Source of the DNA: Macrostomum lignano
Lineage: Eukaryota
Assembly (NCBI GenBank): GCA_002269645.1
Contig: NIVC01000393.1
Location: 310,001-374,000 of the forward strand
Direction of reading: 5' to 3'
DNA length: 64,000 nucleotides
Below, piece after piece: positions 1-12,231 of the stretch. The notes under the pieces were generated by a model. That model saw only the letters and a program-made list of their open reading frames with translations. It was not told where the DNA came from and ran no database searches. The translations under genes and the position numbers were made by a program. How positions within the stretch are numbered: position 1 is the stretch's first letter; every line of letters begins with the position of its first letter.

Positions 1-457
1 AGCTCGCGGGCGCCGAGCGCTGTCAGGCGCGGACAGGCGCGAAACGCGGCTCGCTGGAGACGCGGGCACCGGGAGCCAAGCAAGCTGAGCGCCCTGTCGG
101 TCAGGGTGATGGAATTCGCCACGCTGACTCGAAGCAGGCCCAAGCAGTGCGGGTAGCTGGCGTAGCTGAGAATCTTCGTCACGCTGTCGATGGCCGCGTT
201 GGCATCCAGGCGAGGATCGTGCAGCTCCAGGCCGGTCCACAGAGCCGGGTGCCAGGCGAGGCGGTACCAGGAGCGGCAGACGGCGGCGCAGCGGCACAGC
301 TGAGGCGAGTCCAGGTAGCTGAAAGCCAGCAGGAGGACTCGGTCTGGCAGCTGCGGCTGCGCTGGCTCCTTCCGCTGCTGTTCCCGGAGCCAGCGCATGC
401 ACTTTCCCGACGGGTTCAGCGCTGTCGCTTGGCAGTCCTTGACGTTCGCCTGTGGCT
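1..457 (-). CDS. FBXL7: F-box/LRR-repeat protein, FBXL7-like; F-box exon, open at the window's left edge
   Basis: Manual minus-strand translation (absent from the ORF track): MRWLREQQRKEPAQPQLPDRVLLLAFSYLDSPQLCRCAAVCRSWYRLAWHPALWTGLEL...LTDRALSLLGSRCPRLQRAAFRACPRLT. This is an F-box followed by LRRs, and the QLCRCAxVCRxWYxLAWxPxLW pattern matches FBXL7. In-frame ATG at 398; possible acceptor AG at 459-458. Confidence 0.8.
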
Positions 458-885
458 CTGCTCATGACATATGGTTTGGCAACTTTTTTGTTACTTTGTA
501 GCTATTAAAAGAATTCCTTATAAAATTTACTAAAAGCATAAGTGAGACTTGTCAAAATCAAGGGAGCTGAAGTACGTACCTAAGCTTATACTGCCTAATT
601 GCATTTTCATGATTTAACTCCTACCCTTCAAGTGACTAGATAAGACGGGCGCTAGTCAGTCGGGTGATGTATATCTATTGTGGTCCTGAATGTACGATGA
701 ATACCTACAACCACCAAGAAAGCTTTTGTGTGGCTGTTTGTGCATTTATCGTATCACTTATCTGAATAGTTTGAGAATGGAGTCAGTTGAGGGCAACAGA
801 TACACATGCGCATATTCAGCCCTCCCCACAGATTCTATATTACCGACATGTCCCTAATGTACTTGGCAGCCGTCTCCGAGGCCCC

Positions 886-979
886 GAAAACCCAGGGGTT
901 TCGGCCATAGACACCAGCTGCTGCTAATGTCTTAAGAGCGGCAGAAGCAACAGTCTATGGTCAAAACCCCGGGGTTTTC
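886..979. repeat. Short inverted repeat (27-bp arms, 40-bp spacer); each arm is itself palindromic
   Basis: 886-912 GAAAACCCAGGGGTTTCGGCCATAGAC is the reverse complement of 953-979 with 3 mismatches. Confidence 0.8.
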
Positions 980-1089
980 GCGCTGCCACCAGTCTGCTGA
1001 AGTGGGCAATTTAGGTAATATAATCTGAGGCTTAACCACTAGAGTAACTAACTAAACTAACTAATCCGAAGCCAAGGGAAGCAAGTATC

Positions 1090-1856
1090 GCTTTTGTCGA
1101 TCTAAATGGGAATTTGGACAATCAAAGCGGGACGCCATAGACATTCAAGCCAGGCCACAGCTCACACTCTAGTCATGGACTCAAGCAGTTTAGCAAAGTC
1201 TACTGAGGGAGCCTTGGCCATAGACTATAACTTTGGACATTCAATAGGGGAAAAAGCCATTCAAAACGGGAATCGGACTGAGATTTCATCATAGCTCTCT
1301 GTCCCTCTCTCCCCTGTTTGCTCGTCTTTGGCCTGAAAGCGACCCCCATTCAATGGCGCCACCAATTCTTGCAGCAGATTGCCAGCGGCTGATTGATGCG
1401 ATTGAACAAAGGTCATCCATCGCATGAGCTGCAAGAATCGTGCAAACAACCGAATTCTGAATCGCTGCCAACTTTCGACTCGATGGCAGAGTGCAGAATC
1501 CCTTCCACGCGGTGGTCGGAAAGAAGGATTGTGCAAGGCCGGTCAGGAAATGAGAGAATTCTTCGTTGAGAAACTCGATGAAATTCCTTTCCTGACGCTC
1601 AAGGAGTTCTGACTTAATTTTGTTTTGCTTTCTGTAACGAACACTTTGTTCACTTTTAAATATTTCAGTGGCCCAGAGATATAAAGAGTACATCAAGTTG
1701 GGTGAATTCCAGTTTTAAATGGCTTTTTCCCATTTCGATTGTCCATTCCACAATCTATGGTTGTGTATTCCCAAGCAGCCCAAGTCTGTGGCCTGGCTTG
1801 AATGTCTATGGCGTCCCGTCTTGATTGTCCGAATTCCAATTTAGATCGTCAAAAGC
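1090..1856. mobile_element. Non-autonomous TIR element (MITE/foldback-like), 767 bp, 71-bp TIRs
   Basis: 1090-1160 and 1786-1856 are inverted with 66/71 identity. Flanks AAGTATC / AAGTAGT may be a decayed TSD. No recognisable transposase inside. Confidence 0.7.
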
Positions 1857-1889
1857 AAGTAGTGCCCCCGCTAGACCAAGTGAGCTAAC

Positions 1890-2577
1890 CTTGCGCTGTC
1901 GGAGCTGTTCCGACGCCTCTGCAGCTGCTGCCGCTGGCACTGGCGCTGTCCAAATTGTAGCACAGCCGGTAGAATCGCCGACCTGCCTCTGAGTTGCTAA
2001 TCACTCTCTGCGCCAAACTCTGAGCTAAGACAGGCTCAGCCTCAGCCTCGTTGTCGTCAGCAACCGCGTCAATGTCTATGTCAACAAACCGCGGCTTGGT
2101 AATGCGTTCAGTCTCCGTTCTGTCAATGGCTTCGCCCTCTTCGAAGACGACCGCACCGTCATCGTCGCTGCGGTTGTCCTCGTCGGAGCCGCAGCTGCTC
2201 CAGGAGTTTTTAGAGTCCTCAGAGACGTCCGACCGGGACGGGATGAGATGGACGAACGTGTCTCCGAAACGAACTGACGGCCCTGAGCCACCGACGTCTC
2301 TGGCCGGGGCGGAAGCGGCTGCCGAGGCCACCACGGAGCAGCTCTCGTCGCTGACTATACCGGAGGTCAGGGAGTCGTCTCGATGCGACGGCAGCGTTGC
2401 GAAACACAGGTGCAGCGGCGCCGGCGGCTGAAGCACCTGTCTTGGCGGAGGCGGAGGCGGCTGCGACGCTGGGTTTCGTCTTCTCAGCACTCGATGCTGC
2501 TGTGGAGGTCGCTGCTGCTGCTGTTGCTGATCTTGTTGTTGCTGCTGTCTTAGTCGATCAATCGCCATGCGACTCAT
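1890..2577 (-). CDS. Low-complexity Q/P/S/D-rich coding exon, probably the N-terminal exon of the FBXL7-like gene
   Basis: 233-codon GC-rich ORF (first ATG 2577) with a poly-Q tract. It ends at a donor-like CAAG|GTTAGC (phase 1), compatible with the phase-1 acceptor at 459/458. The join is inferred and the pyrimidine tract is weak. Confidence 0.55.
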
Positions 2578-2888
2578 ACTGCTCAATTGTTGATCCCTGG
2601 ACTGCGCTGTTCGGTCGGGCGCTACTGCAGGAGGTCCGGGCGACCCGGTCCAGCTTTGAAAGAGGCAATCGGAGAGCGGGGAGAGCAGATAGAAATGCGT
2701 TTTTGAAAGTCACCTGGTGTTGGCTTTTTAAGTTAAGGCAAGGCTGCCACGCGCAAAAGCAGACGCGCTGTGCTGCTACCCCCCCGCCCCAACCAGTAGA
2801 GTTTGTGTGCCAACCGAATGCTGCAGCTCAAATATTGGCTTAGAAAAAGAGCGGCACATTTTTTCATATTCCATATTTTCGTCTGCAG

Positions 2889-2902
2889 AAGCGCATGCGC
2901 TT
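2889..2902. promoter_or_regulatory. NRF1/Erect-wing-type palindrome AAGCGCATGCGCTT, about 310 bp upstream of the 2577 ATG
   Basis: Perfect GCGCATGCGC core matching the known NRF1 consensus, positioned 5' of a minus-strand ORF. Confidence 0.4.
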
Positions 2903-3216
2903 TTAGAATATTTTTTAGAAAAATATTCGCTTTTATTTGCTCTGCTACCTAAGCCAGGAGCCCCGTATCTTGTCATTCTCTGCACACCTTTGCGCCCTGT
3001 GGCACTCTTGTCATTCTCTGATGGGTCCTTTGTTGTTGCCGTCTAAGGAATTAACGAGAGCGTCATCTGCTCCTATTACAACACATATTCCAAGATCAGA
3101 AGTCTTAAAGATCCTTACAGAAGTCTGTATGTTAAGTGGATGAACGAAGTTCAATTAGTAATTAGTAGTTCAAACAACCTTGAATTCGGTCTTTAAATCA
3201 TAGGATCCGACCTTGA

Positions 3217-4915
3217 GAACTCGGAACTTAAGCTACAGGATCTCTCCAGAACAATGTACTTAAGCTACAGGATCTCTCCAGAACTCTCTAATTAAGCTAC
3301 AGGATCTCTCCAGAACTATGTACTTAAGCTACAGGATCTCTCCAGAACTCGGTAGTTAAGCTACAGGATCTCTCCAGAACTCGGTACTTAAGCTACAGGA
3401 TTCTCCAGAATTCGGTAGTTAAGCCACAGGATCTCTCCAGAACTCGGCTCGGTACTTAAGCTACAGGATCTCTCCAGAACTCGGTAGTTAAGCTACAGGA
3501 TCTCTCCAGAACTCGGTACTTAAGCTACAGGATTCTCCAGAATTCGGTAGTTAAGCCACAGGATCTCTCCAGAACTCGGCTCGGTACTTAAGCTACAGGA
3601 TCTCTCCAGAACTCGGTAGTTAAGCTACAGGATCTCTCCAGAACTCGGTAGTTAAGCCACAGGATCTCTCCAGAACTCGGCTCGGTACTTAAGCTACAGG
3701 ATCTCTCCAGAACTCGGCTCGGTACTTAAGCTACAGGATCTCTCCAGAACTCGGTACTTAAGCTACAGGATCTCTCCAGAACTCGGTAGTTAAGCTACAG
3801 GATCTCTCCAGAACTCGGTACTTAAGCTACAGGATCTCTCCAGAACTCGGTAGTTAAGCTAAAGGATCTCTCCAGAACTCTGTACTTAAGCTACAGGATC
3901 TCTCCAGAACAATGTACTTAAGCTACAGGATCTCTCCAGAACTCGGTACTTAAGCTACAGGATCTCTCCAGAACAATGTACTTAAGCTACAGCATCTCTC
4001 CAGAACTCGGTACTTAAGCTACAGGATCTCTCCAGAACTCGGTACTTAAGCTACAGGATCTCTCCAGAACTCGGTACTTAAGCTACAGGATCTCTCCAGA
4101 ACTATGTACTTAAGCTACAGGATCTCTCCAGAACTCTGTACTTAAGCTACAGGATCTCTCCAGAACAATGTACTTAAGCTACAGGATCTCTCCAGAACTC
4201 GGTCCTTAAGCTACAGGATCTCTCCAGAACAATGTACTTAAGCTACAGCATCTCTCCAGAACTCTGTACTTAAGCTACAGGATCTCTCCAGAACTCGGTA
4301 CTTAAGCTACAGGATCTCTCCAGAACTATGTACTTAAGCTACAGCATCTCTCCAGAACTCTCTAATTAAGCTACAGGATCTCTCCAGAACTATGTACTTA
4401 AGCTACAGGATCTCTCCAGAACTCGGTCCTTAAGCTACAGGATCTCTCCAGAACTCGGCTCGGTACTTAAGCTACAGGATCTCTCCAGAACTCGGTACTT
4501 AAGCTACAGGATCTCTCCAGAACAATGTACTTAAGCTACAGGATCTCTCCAGAACTCGGTACTTAAGCTACAGGATCTCTTCAGAACTCGGTACTTAAGC
4601 TACAGCATCTCTCCAGAACTCGGTACTTAAGCTACAGCATCTCTCCAGAACTCGGTACTTAAGCTACAGCATCTCTCCAGAACTATGTACTTAAGCTACA
4701 GCATCTCTCCAGAACTATGTACTTAAGCTACAGCATCTCTCCAGAACTCTGTACTTAAGCTACAGCATCTCTCCAGAACTCTGTACTTAAGCTACAGGAT
4801 CTCTCCAGAACTATGTACTTAAGCTACAGGATCTCTCCAGAACTCGGTACTTAAGCTACAGGGTCTCTCCAGAACTCGTTCCTTAAGCTACAGGATGTCT
4901 CCAGAACTCAGTCCT
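3217..4915. repeat. 32-bp minisatellite CTTAAGCTACAGGATCTCTCCAGAACTCGGTA, about 52 copies
   Basis: Direct tandem periodicity visible, with variant units (AACAATGTA, AACTATGTA, AACTCGGCTCGGTA). Confidence 0.95.
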
Positions 4916-5437
4916 TTAATTCCTAGTCATCTAACAACAAGTCTATCAACCGGAAAAGTCCATTAGGCATAAATATTTACATATTAGCTCAGTTTTTCAC
5001 TCTATCATTCAGAAACCCCGCTGTTCTGCCACTCTCCTGAGCTCAGTAAGTTCTCAAGCGTTTGGACATTGTCTTGAGTGCGCCGTGCATGCAGTATTGC
5101 TGCTGCCATTTTTCTGGCGCAGCGGGCTGCGGACCTCCTGCGGCTGAGCCGACCCCGAGAGAAACCCGCATCGCCTGTGCAGTGTCTTCTGCCAATCATT
5201 TCTTCACTTGGGCCACTCTGTGGTTATTGGTGCTCTTCTGTGAGCACAGGCTTAATTATTAACAGAAGCTGCTCATTTAGAGAGGAGAATGCAGCTCGGA
5301 ACTTCGTGAGCTCAACTCTCCCACGAAGCTTTTAAACGTTTTTGGGCATAACTGCCCACATTCCTGCCTGTGTGTCTCATTGTGAGGCTTGAAATGCAAA
5401 AAAAACATTGGAAACATGGTCAAAGACTATAAATTTT

Positions 5438-5454
5438 GTCTGTCTGTCTGCCTG

Positions 5455-5541
<87 letters not shown>

Positions 5542-5542
5542 G

Positions 5543-5577
<35 letters not shown>

Positions 5578-5623
5578 GTCTGTCTGTCCGTCCGTCTGTC
5601 TGTCTGTCTGTCTGTCTGTCTGT
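5438..5623. repeat. (TGTC)n microsatellite
   Basis: Direct reading. Confidence 0.97.
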
Positions 5624-6289
5624 GAACCTTCTTCCTCTGTCTATCACTGTAGTCCAACAAGTTCAGTATTGATTTTTTTGAGGCTTCGTGAGCATTGTGA
5701 AAGAAATGATTTTTCATAATCTCTCAAGCATGAGCCTGGCCAGTCAATCAAGATCAGGACAGATTATCTTGATAATCTCTTTCAGTTAAAGCGCATGGCT
5801 TTGGAATCCAGAAGTCGCCCTGTCTCAAGCAGCGCCCGCGCGGATGAAATTAACGTCATCATAGGCTTGAATTTCGCGCACTGCTACCGGGCCCAGCTCA
5901 CTAATGAACAGTTGATTATTAATGAGTTCCATCCAGGAATGAGGGACAAAGGAGAGGTGGAGAGGAGGATCAGTCATTTATTCCAGAGCTCCGCGGTCTT
6001 AGCTGCAGGATTTGGGGAAGGCTAGCACCTAAATAATTTAACTTCATGCAATGACTGAGTTGGCTCCCAGACTGATCAATAACTGGGAAATTTGAGTACA
6101 CAGTTTCCGCCAGACTGTCCGCATGCTCAGTGCTGTTCATTTTTCAATGCCTCAGTGCGTGTCTGCCTCCCATTTGATGATGGTTGCTACAGCTATGTGG
6201 ATTTAAGCTTGAAGTACATGTAGTTGATACGAGTAAAATGAAGCTTTCGGTTGAGAATGCGACTGTGTGGGGGATAAAAGAAAGAAAGG

Positions 6290-6930
6290 AGAGATGTGAA
6301 AAGAAGAAAAGAGAAGAGAGGCAAAAGAGAGGAGACAACCAAGCGGAGAAAAGAGAGAGGAGAGAAGAGAGAGCAGAGGGGAGAGAGAAAAGAAGGGAGT
6401 GAAGAGAGGAGAGAAAAAAGAGAAGTGGGGAGAGGGGAGAAATGAGAGAGCAGAGAGGAGAGAAAAGAGAAGAGAAGAGAGAGGTGAGCGAAGAGAGGTG
6501 AGAGGAGAGAGGTGAGCGGAGAGAGAAGAGAAGAGAGAGGTGAGCGAAGAGAGGTGAGAGGAGAGAGGTGAGAGGTTGGAGGTGAGAGGAGAGCGATGAT
6601 AAGAGGAGAGGTGAGAGGAGAGAGGTGAGAGGTGAGAGGTTGGAGGTGAGAGGTGAGAGGTTGGAGGTGAGAGGTTGGAGGTGAGAGGAGAGCGATGATA
6701 AGAGGAGAGGTGAGAGGAGAGAGGTGAGAGGTGAGAGGTTGGAGGTGAGAGGTGAGAGGTTGGAGGTGAGAGGTTGGAGGTGAGAGGTGAGAGGTTGGAG
6801 GTGAGAGGTTGGAGGTGAGAGGTGAGAGGTTGGAGGTGAGAGGTTGGAGGTGAGAGGAGAGAGATGAGAGGAGAGGGGTGAGAGGGAAGATGTGAGAGGA
6901 GAGAGAGGAGAGGGGGAGAGAGCAGAAAGT
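6290..6930. repeat. GA-rich polypurine low-complexity tract with GGTGAGAG/GTTGGAG units and local duplications
   Basis: Direct reading. Confidence 0.9.
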
Positions 6931-7756
6931 AGCTAGATAAAAGATAGCAGAAATTAAAGTTCCAGCAACTGAATCATACGGGGCGAGCTGTCAATCCTAA
7001 TTCAACCTACTGGCCAAGCTCTCCACCTGTTCGGCCATTCGCGCACTTCACTCACCTCTGCCACTGTTGATGCCGGAATCCGCTCATTCTTGTTAGGAAA
7101 ACTGCAGACTCTCGCCTATCTGACTTTGCTCGGACTGGTAGAAGGACAAGAATTGCTTTTGCGTCATGCTTTATATCTCTAGAAAACGGTCTCGGCCTCC
7201 GTCCGCTCTAGCAAGCATGCAAACTCGACTCAATCATCTTTCTCTCACCTTTATTGTTGGTTGGTTGGTTTGCTTCTCTGCCAGTGGATGCGTGGGGTTG
7301 GGTAGATGGTATCTCGCTAAAGCAGAGAGTGTTGGGTCAGTGTGGCCTGCTATTGCGTGTAATTAAAACTGTTAAAGCAGCTATGAGTTTCTTGTTGCAC
7401 AGAACCCTAGCGGTTAAGTGTGACGCTTTTTTACAACACAATGCAGTTTCACAGGGAATGCAGTTCTTTGCTAAAAGTACACCCAGTAGCTAAAGCAGAG
7501 AGCTGGTATGTAAAATTCGTCAATGCCGCTTTGTTACTATGAGGAGCTGTCAGTGGGAGGACACGGTAATCCTGTTAATCTGACTGTGCGACCTCTTGCA
7601 TTGTTTCTCTTGTAAAAGAAGATCGGATTTTTGATTTTGTGATTTTGCCGCTTTCCTCGGGCTTCTTGTGCGCTCTGGTAATGCATGTCAACTGTGACTG
7701 TCCCAGTGTCTGCATCTGCCTTATAGTCAATCTGTTTCAGTGTGTCCGTCTTAGCG

Positions 7757-9075
7757 TTTTAGTGTCTTAGTGTCTTAGTGTCTTAGTGTCTTAGTGTCTT
7801 AGTGTCTTAGTGTCTTAGTGTCTTAGTGTCTTAGTGTCTTAGTGTCTTAGTGTCTTAGTGTATTTAGTGTCTTAGTGTCTTAGTGTCTTAGTGTATTTAG
7901 TGTCTTAGTGTCTTAGTGTATTTAGTGTCTTAGTGTCTTAGTGTCTTAGTGTCTTAGTGTCTTAGTGTCTTAGTGTCTTAGTGTCTTAGTGTATTTAGTG
8001 TCTTAGTGTCTTAGTGTCTTAGTGTCTTAGTGTCTTAGTGTCTTAGTGTATTTAGTGTCTTAGTGTCTTAGTGTCTTAGTGTATTTAGTGTCTTAGTGTC
8101 TTAGTGTATTTAGTGTCTTAGTGTCTTAGTGTCTTAGTGTCTTAGTGTCTTAGTGTCTTAGTGTCTTAGTGTCTTAGTGTATTTAGTGTCTTAGTGTCTT
8201 AGTGTCTTAGTGTCTTAGTGTCTTAGTGTCTTAGTGTATTTAGTGTCTTAGTGTCTTAGTGTCTTAGTGTCTTAGTGTCTTAGTGTCTTAGTGTCTTAGT
8301 GTATTTAGTGTCTTAGTGTCTTAGTGTCTTAGTGTCTTAGTGTATTTAGTGTCTTAGTGTCTTAGTGTCTTAGTGTATTTAGTGTATTTAGTGTCTTAGT
8401 GTCTTAGTGTCTTAGTGTCTTAGTGTCTTAGTGTCTTAGTGTCTTAGTGTATTTAGTGTCTTAGTGTCTTAGTGTCTTAGTGTCTTAGTGTCTTAGTGTC
8501 TTAGTGTCTTAGTGTCTTAGTGTATTTAGTGTCTTAGTGTCTTAGTGTCTTAGTGTCTTAGTGTATTTAGTGTCTTAGTGTCTTAGTGTCTTAGTGTCTT
8601 AGTGTCTTAGTGTATTTAGTGTCTTAGTGTCTTAGTGTCTGTGTCTTAGTGTCTTAGTGTATTTAGTGTCTTAGTGTCTTAGTGTATTTAGTTTCTTAGG
8701 GTCATAGTGTCTTAGTGTCTTAGTGTATTTAGTGTCTTAGTGTCTTAGTGTCTTTGTGTCTTAGTGTCTTAGTGTATTTAGTGTCTTAGTGTCTTAGTGT
8801 CTTTGTGTCTTAGTGTCTTAGTGTATTTAGTGTCTTAGTGTCTTAGTGTCTTTGTGTCTTAGTGTCTTAGTGTCTTGTGTCTTAGTGTCTTAGTGTCTTA
8901 GTGTCTTAGTGTCTTAGTTTCTTAGGGTCATAGTGTCTTTGTGTCTTAGTGTCTTAGTTTCTTAGGGTCATAGTGTCTTTGTGTCTTAGGGTCTTAGTTT
9001 CTTAGGGTCATAGTGTCTTTGTGTCTTAGGGTCATAGTGTCTTAGTGTCGTAGTGTCTTAGCGTCATAGTGTCTT
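7757..9075. repeat. 8-bp satellite (TTAGTGTC)n with TTAGTGTA and TTAGGGTC variants, about 165 copies
   Basis: Direct reading. Confidence 0.97.
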
Positions 9076-9076
9076 A

Positions 9077-9368
<292 letters not shown>

Positions 9369-10380
9369 CTGCCTCCGCAGCGCCTCCCTTGCGGTCCCTA
9401 CCAGTCTGTCTACTTCCGTTGCGGAAAGCCTCCCAGCTGTGTTTACTGGCCTCAACCATTCACAGAATAAAAACGAGACAGACCTCACTGCAGACCTGTC
9501 GCGCACAGCTTGGCGCTCAAATTGCTAATGGAGTTTACAGATTTTTTCGCGCTCAATCTTAGCTTGGCCTGCATGGCTGGATAGAACATTTGCCTTGAGC
9601 CTCAAGAGAAAGATAATAAAGGCGGCAACGATTCAAGTTCGCACCTGGCTCGGAAGCCTGAGCTGCCCAGCTACCCGGGAGGGTGTGGCTCTGCCAATTA
9701 AATTCATTAAAAAGAAACAGCCAACAAGTAAAGGTCAGCACAGTTTGAAAAGCAGAACCTAAAGTACAAACAGGTAAACCTCACCTGGTCTAATGACACG
9801 AAGCAATTAGCAATCAATTCCAACAGATGCGGATGAGATAATCCAGAGCTTCGATCTGGTCAGCTTTTAACTCTTGTCGGTGTTCGCCATGCGCTGTGTC
9901 AGAACTGAGCCAATGGCAACTGGTGAGAACCAGTCATCCCTACCCCCCAGATTCATGAATGCATACACTTCATGACGCGTGTCTGAAGTTATTACAATTT
10001 TTCTACAGCTAAATAACTGCCAGTTTCCTTCGCTAAGTTTCTTTTATTGCTTTATGAGAGCTGGCAGTAACAGCTTTGAGAATACAGACTTGAGTGACTG
10101 GGTGGGGGAGACTGGGGTAGCAACTGTTCACACTTGCATCAGAAAGATTCCCGTAACTAGAAGCCTGACATGTGCCAACAGAGCAGCAAAACAGTTCTGC
10201 ATTTCAGCTTTACTTTGGGAATTAATCATCTGCTTTTGCCAGGGCATTGGTAGAGCCTTTGCGGTTAATTAACAATCCATATTTCTTCACCTGGGAACCT
10301 AAAAAAAATTATATCCTCATATTCTGCTCTTGAGAGTAGACTAGTAAGGACTTTTGTCAAGGAAAAGAATTCGAAATCGT

Positions 10381-11600
10381 ATCTGGGATCTAGGATCTGG
10401 GATCTAGGATCTGGGATCTAGGATCTGGGATCTAGGATCTGGGATCTAGGATCTGGGATCTAGGATCTGGGATCTAGGATCTGGGATCTAGGATCTGGGA
10501 TCTAGGATCTGGGATCTAGGATCTGGGATCTAGGATCTGGGATCTAGGATCTGGGATCTAGGATCTGGGATCTAGGATCTGGGATCTAGGATCTGGGATC
10601 TAGGATCTGGGATCTAGGATCTGGGATCTAGGATCTGGGATCTAGGATCTGGGATCTAGGATCTGGGATCTAGGATCTGGGATCTAGGATCTGGGATCTA
10701 GGATCTGGGATCTAGGATCTGGGATCTAGGATCTGGGATCTAGGATCTGGGATCTAGGATCTGGGATCTAGGATCTGGGATCTAGGATCTGGGATCTAGG
10801 ATCTGGGATCTAGGATCTGGGATCTAGGATCTGGGATCTAGGATCTGGGATCTAGGATCTGGGATCTAGGATCTGGGATCTAGGATCTGGGATCTAGGAT
10901 CTGGGATCTAGGATCTGGGATCTAGGATCTGGGATCTAGGATCTGGGATCTAGGATCTGGGATCTAGGATCTGGGATCTAGGATCTGGGATCTAGGATCT
11001 GGGATCTAGGATCTGGGATCTAGGATCTGGGATCTAGGATCTGGGATCTAGGATCTGGGATCTAGGATCTGGGATCTAGGATCTGGGATCTAGGATCTGG
11101 GATCTAGGATCTGGGATCTAGGATCTGGGATCTAGGATCTGGGATCTAGGATCTGGGATCTAGGATCTGGGATCTAGGATCTGGGATCTAGGATCTGGGA
11201 TCTAGGATCTGGGATCTAGGATCTGGGATCTAGGATCTGGGATCTAGGATCTGGGATCTAGGATCTGGGATCTAGGATCTGGGATCTAGGATCTGGGATC
11301 TAGGATCTGGGATCTAGGATCTGGGATCTAGGATCTGGGATCTAGGATCTGGGATCTAGGATCTGGGATCTAGGATCTGGGATCTAGGATCTGGGATCTA
11401 GGATCTGGGATCTAGGATCTGGGATCTAGGATCTGGGATCTAGGATCTGGGATCTAGGATCTGGGATCTAGGATCTGGGATCTAGGATCTGGGATCTAGG
11501 ATCTGGGATCTAGGATCTGGGATCTAGGATCTGGGATCTAGGATCTGGGATCTAGGATCTGGGATCTAGGATCTGGGATCTAGGATCTGGGATCTAGGAT
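10381..11600 (+). repeat. 14-bp satellite (GGATCTAGGATCTG)n, about 87 copies with no variant unit seen
   Basis: Alternating 7-mers GGATCTA/GGATCTG. Confidence 0.98.
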
Positions 11601-12108
11601 GGCAAAACATTTTTAATTTTCAGCTTCCAAAGCTCTTTCAAAGCCGTAGACCATCAGATAAAACTCAAAATGTTGCGATATGCATAGCAGAAGTTAATAA
11701 AAATGATTTACTCAGAAGATTTATGACAAAACAAGCTAACAGAACATTTTTACTACGCTCGTAATTAGTTAAGAGCTATTGATGCTCTCACTCGGAGACA
11801 AAAAAGGCATTGCGAAACGGGACAGACCACTGACTGCCTCCGTATTAGTGCAATAATATTATAGGAGCAAGAGCATAGCTCTTTGTTGCTTAGTCTCGTG
11901 CGACATCTGAATGGCGGCGGCGACGACAGGCAACTAGAGAGCGTGATAAACTGTAATCTCAGAGAAAATAAAATGCCTTGCGTCTGCTAGTATTAGCAGA
12001 GGCAGGCGGCATCCTTTTATGGCATCACTCTTGGTAAGTTGAAAAACAATGGCTTGTAATGTCATGCTATTTTTATCCTCAGAGATGCATCAAGAATTCA
12101 CCATTTTT

Positions 12109-12231
12109 AATCCTAGATCCTAGATCCTAGATCCTAGATCCCAGATCCTAGATCCCAGATCCTAGATCCCAGATCCTAGATCCCAGCTCCCAGATCCCAG
12201 ATCCTAGATCCCAGGTCCTAGATCCCAGATC
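12109..12231 (-). repeat. Short inverted copy of the GGATCT(A/G) satellite
   Basis: (ATCCTAG/ATCCCAG)n is the reverse complement of the 10381-11600 array. Confidence 0.95.

Noticed and set aside
1261-1696. ORFs of 91 and 135 aa inside the TIR element
   Set aside because: No transposase or other recognisable motif.
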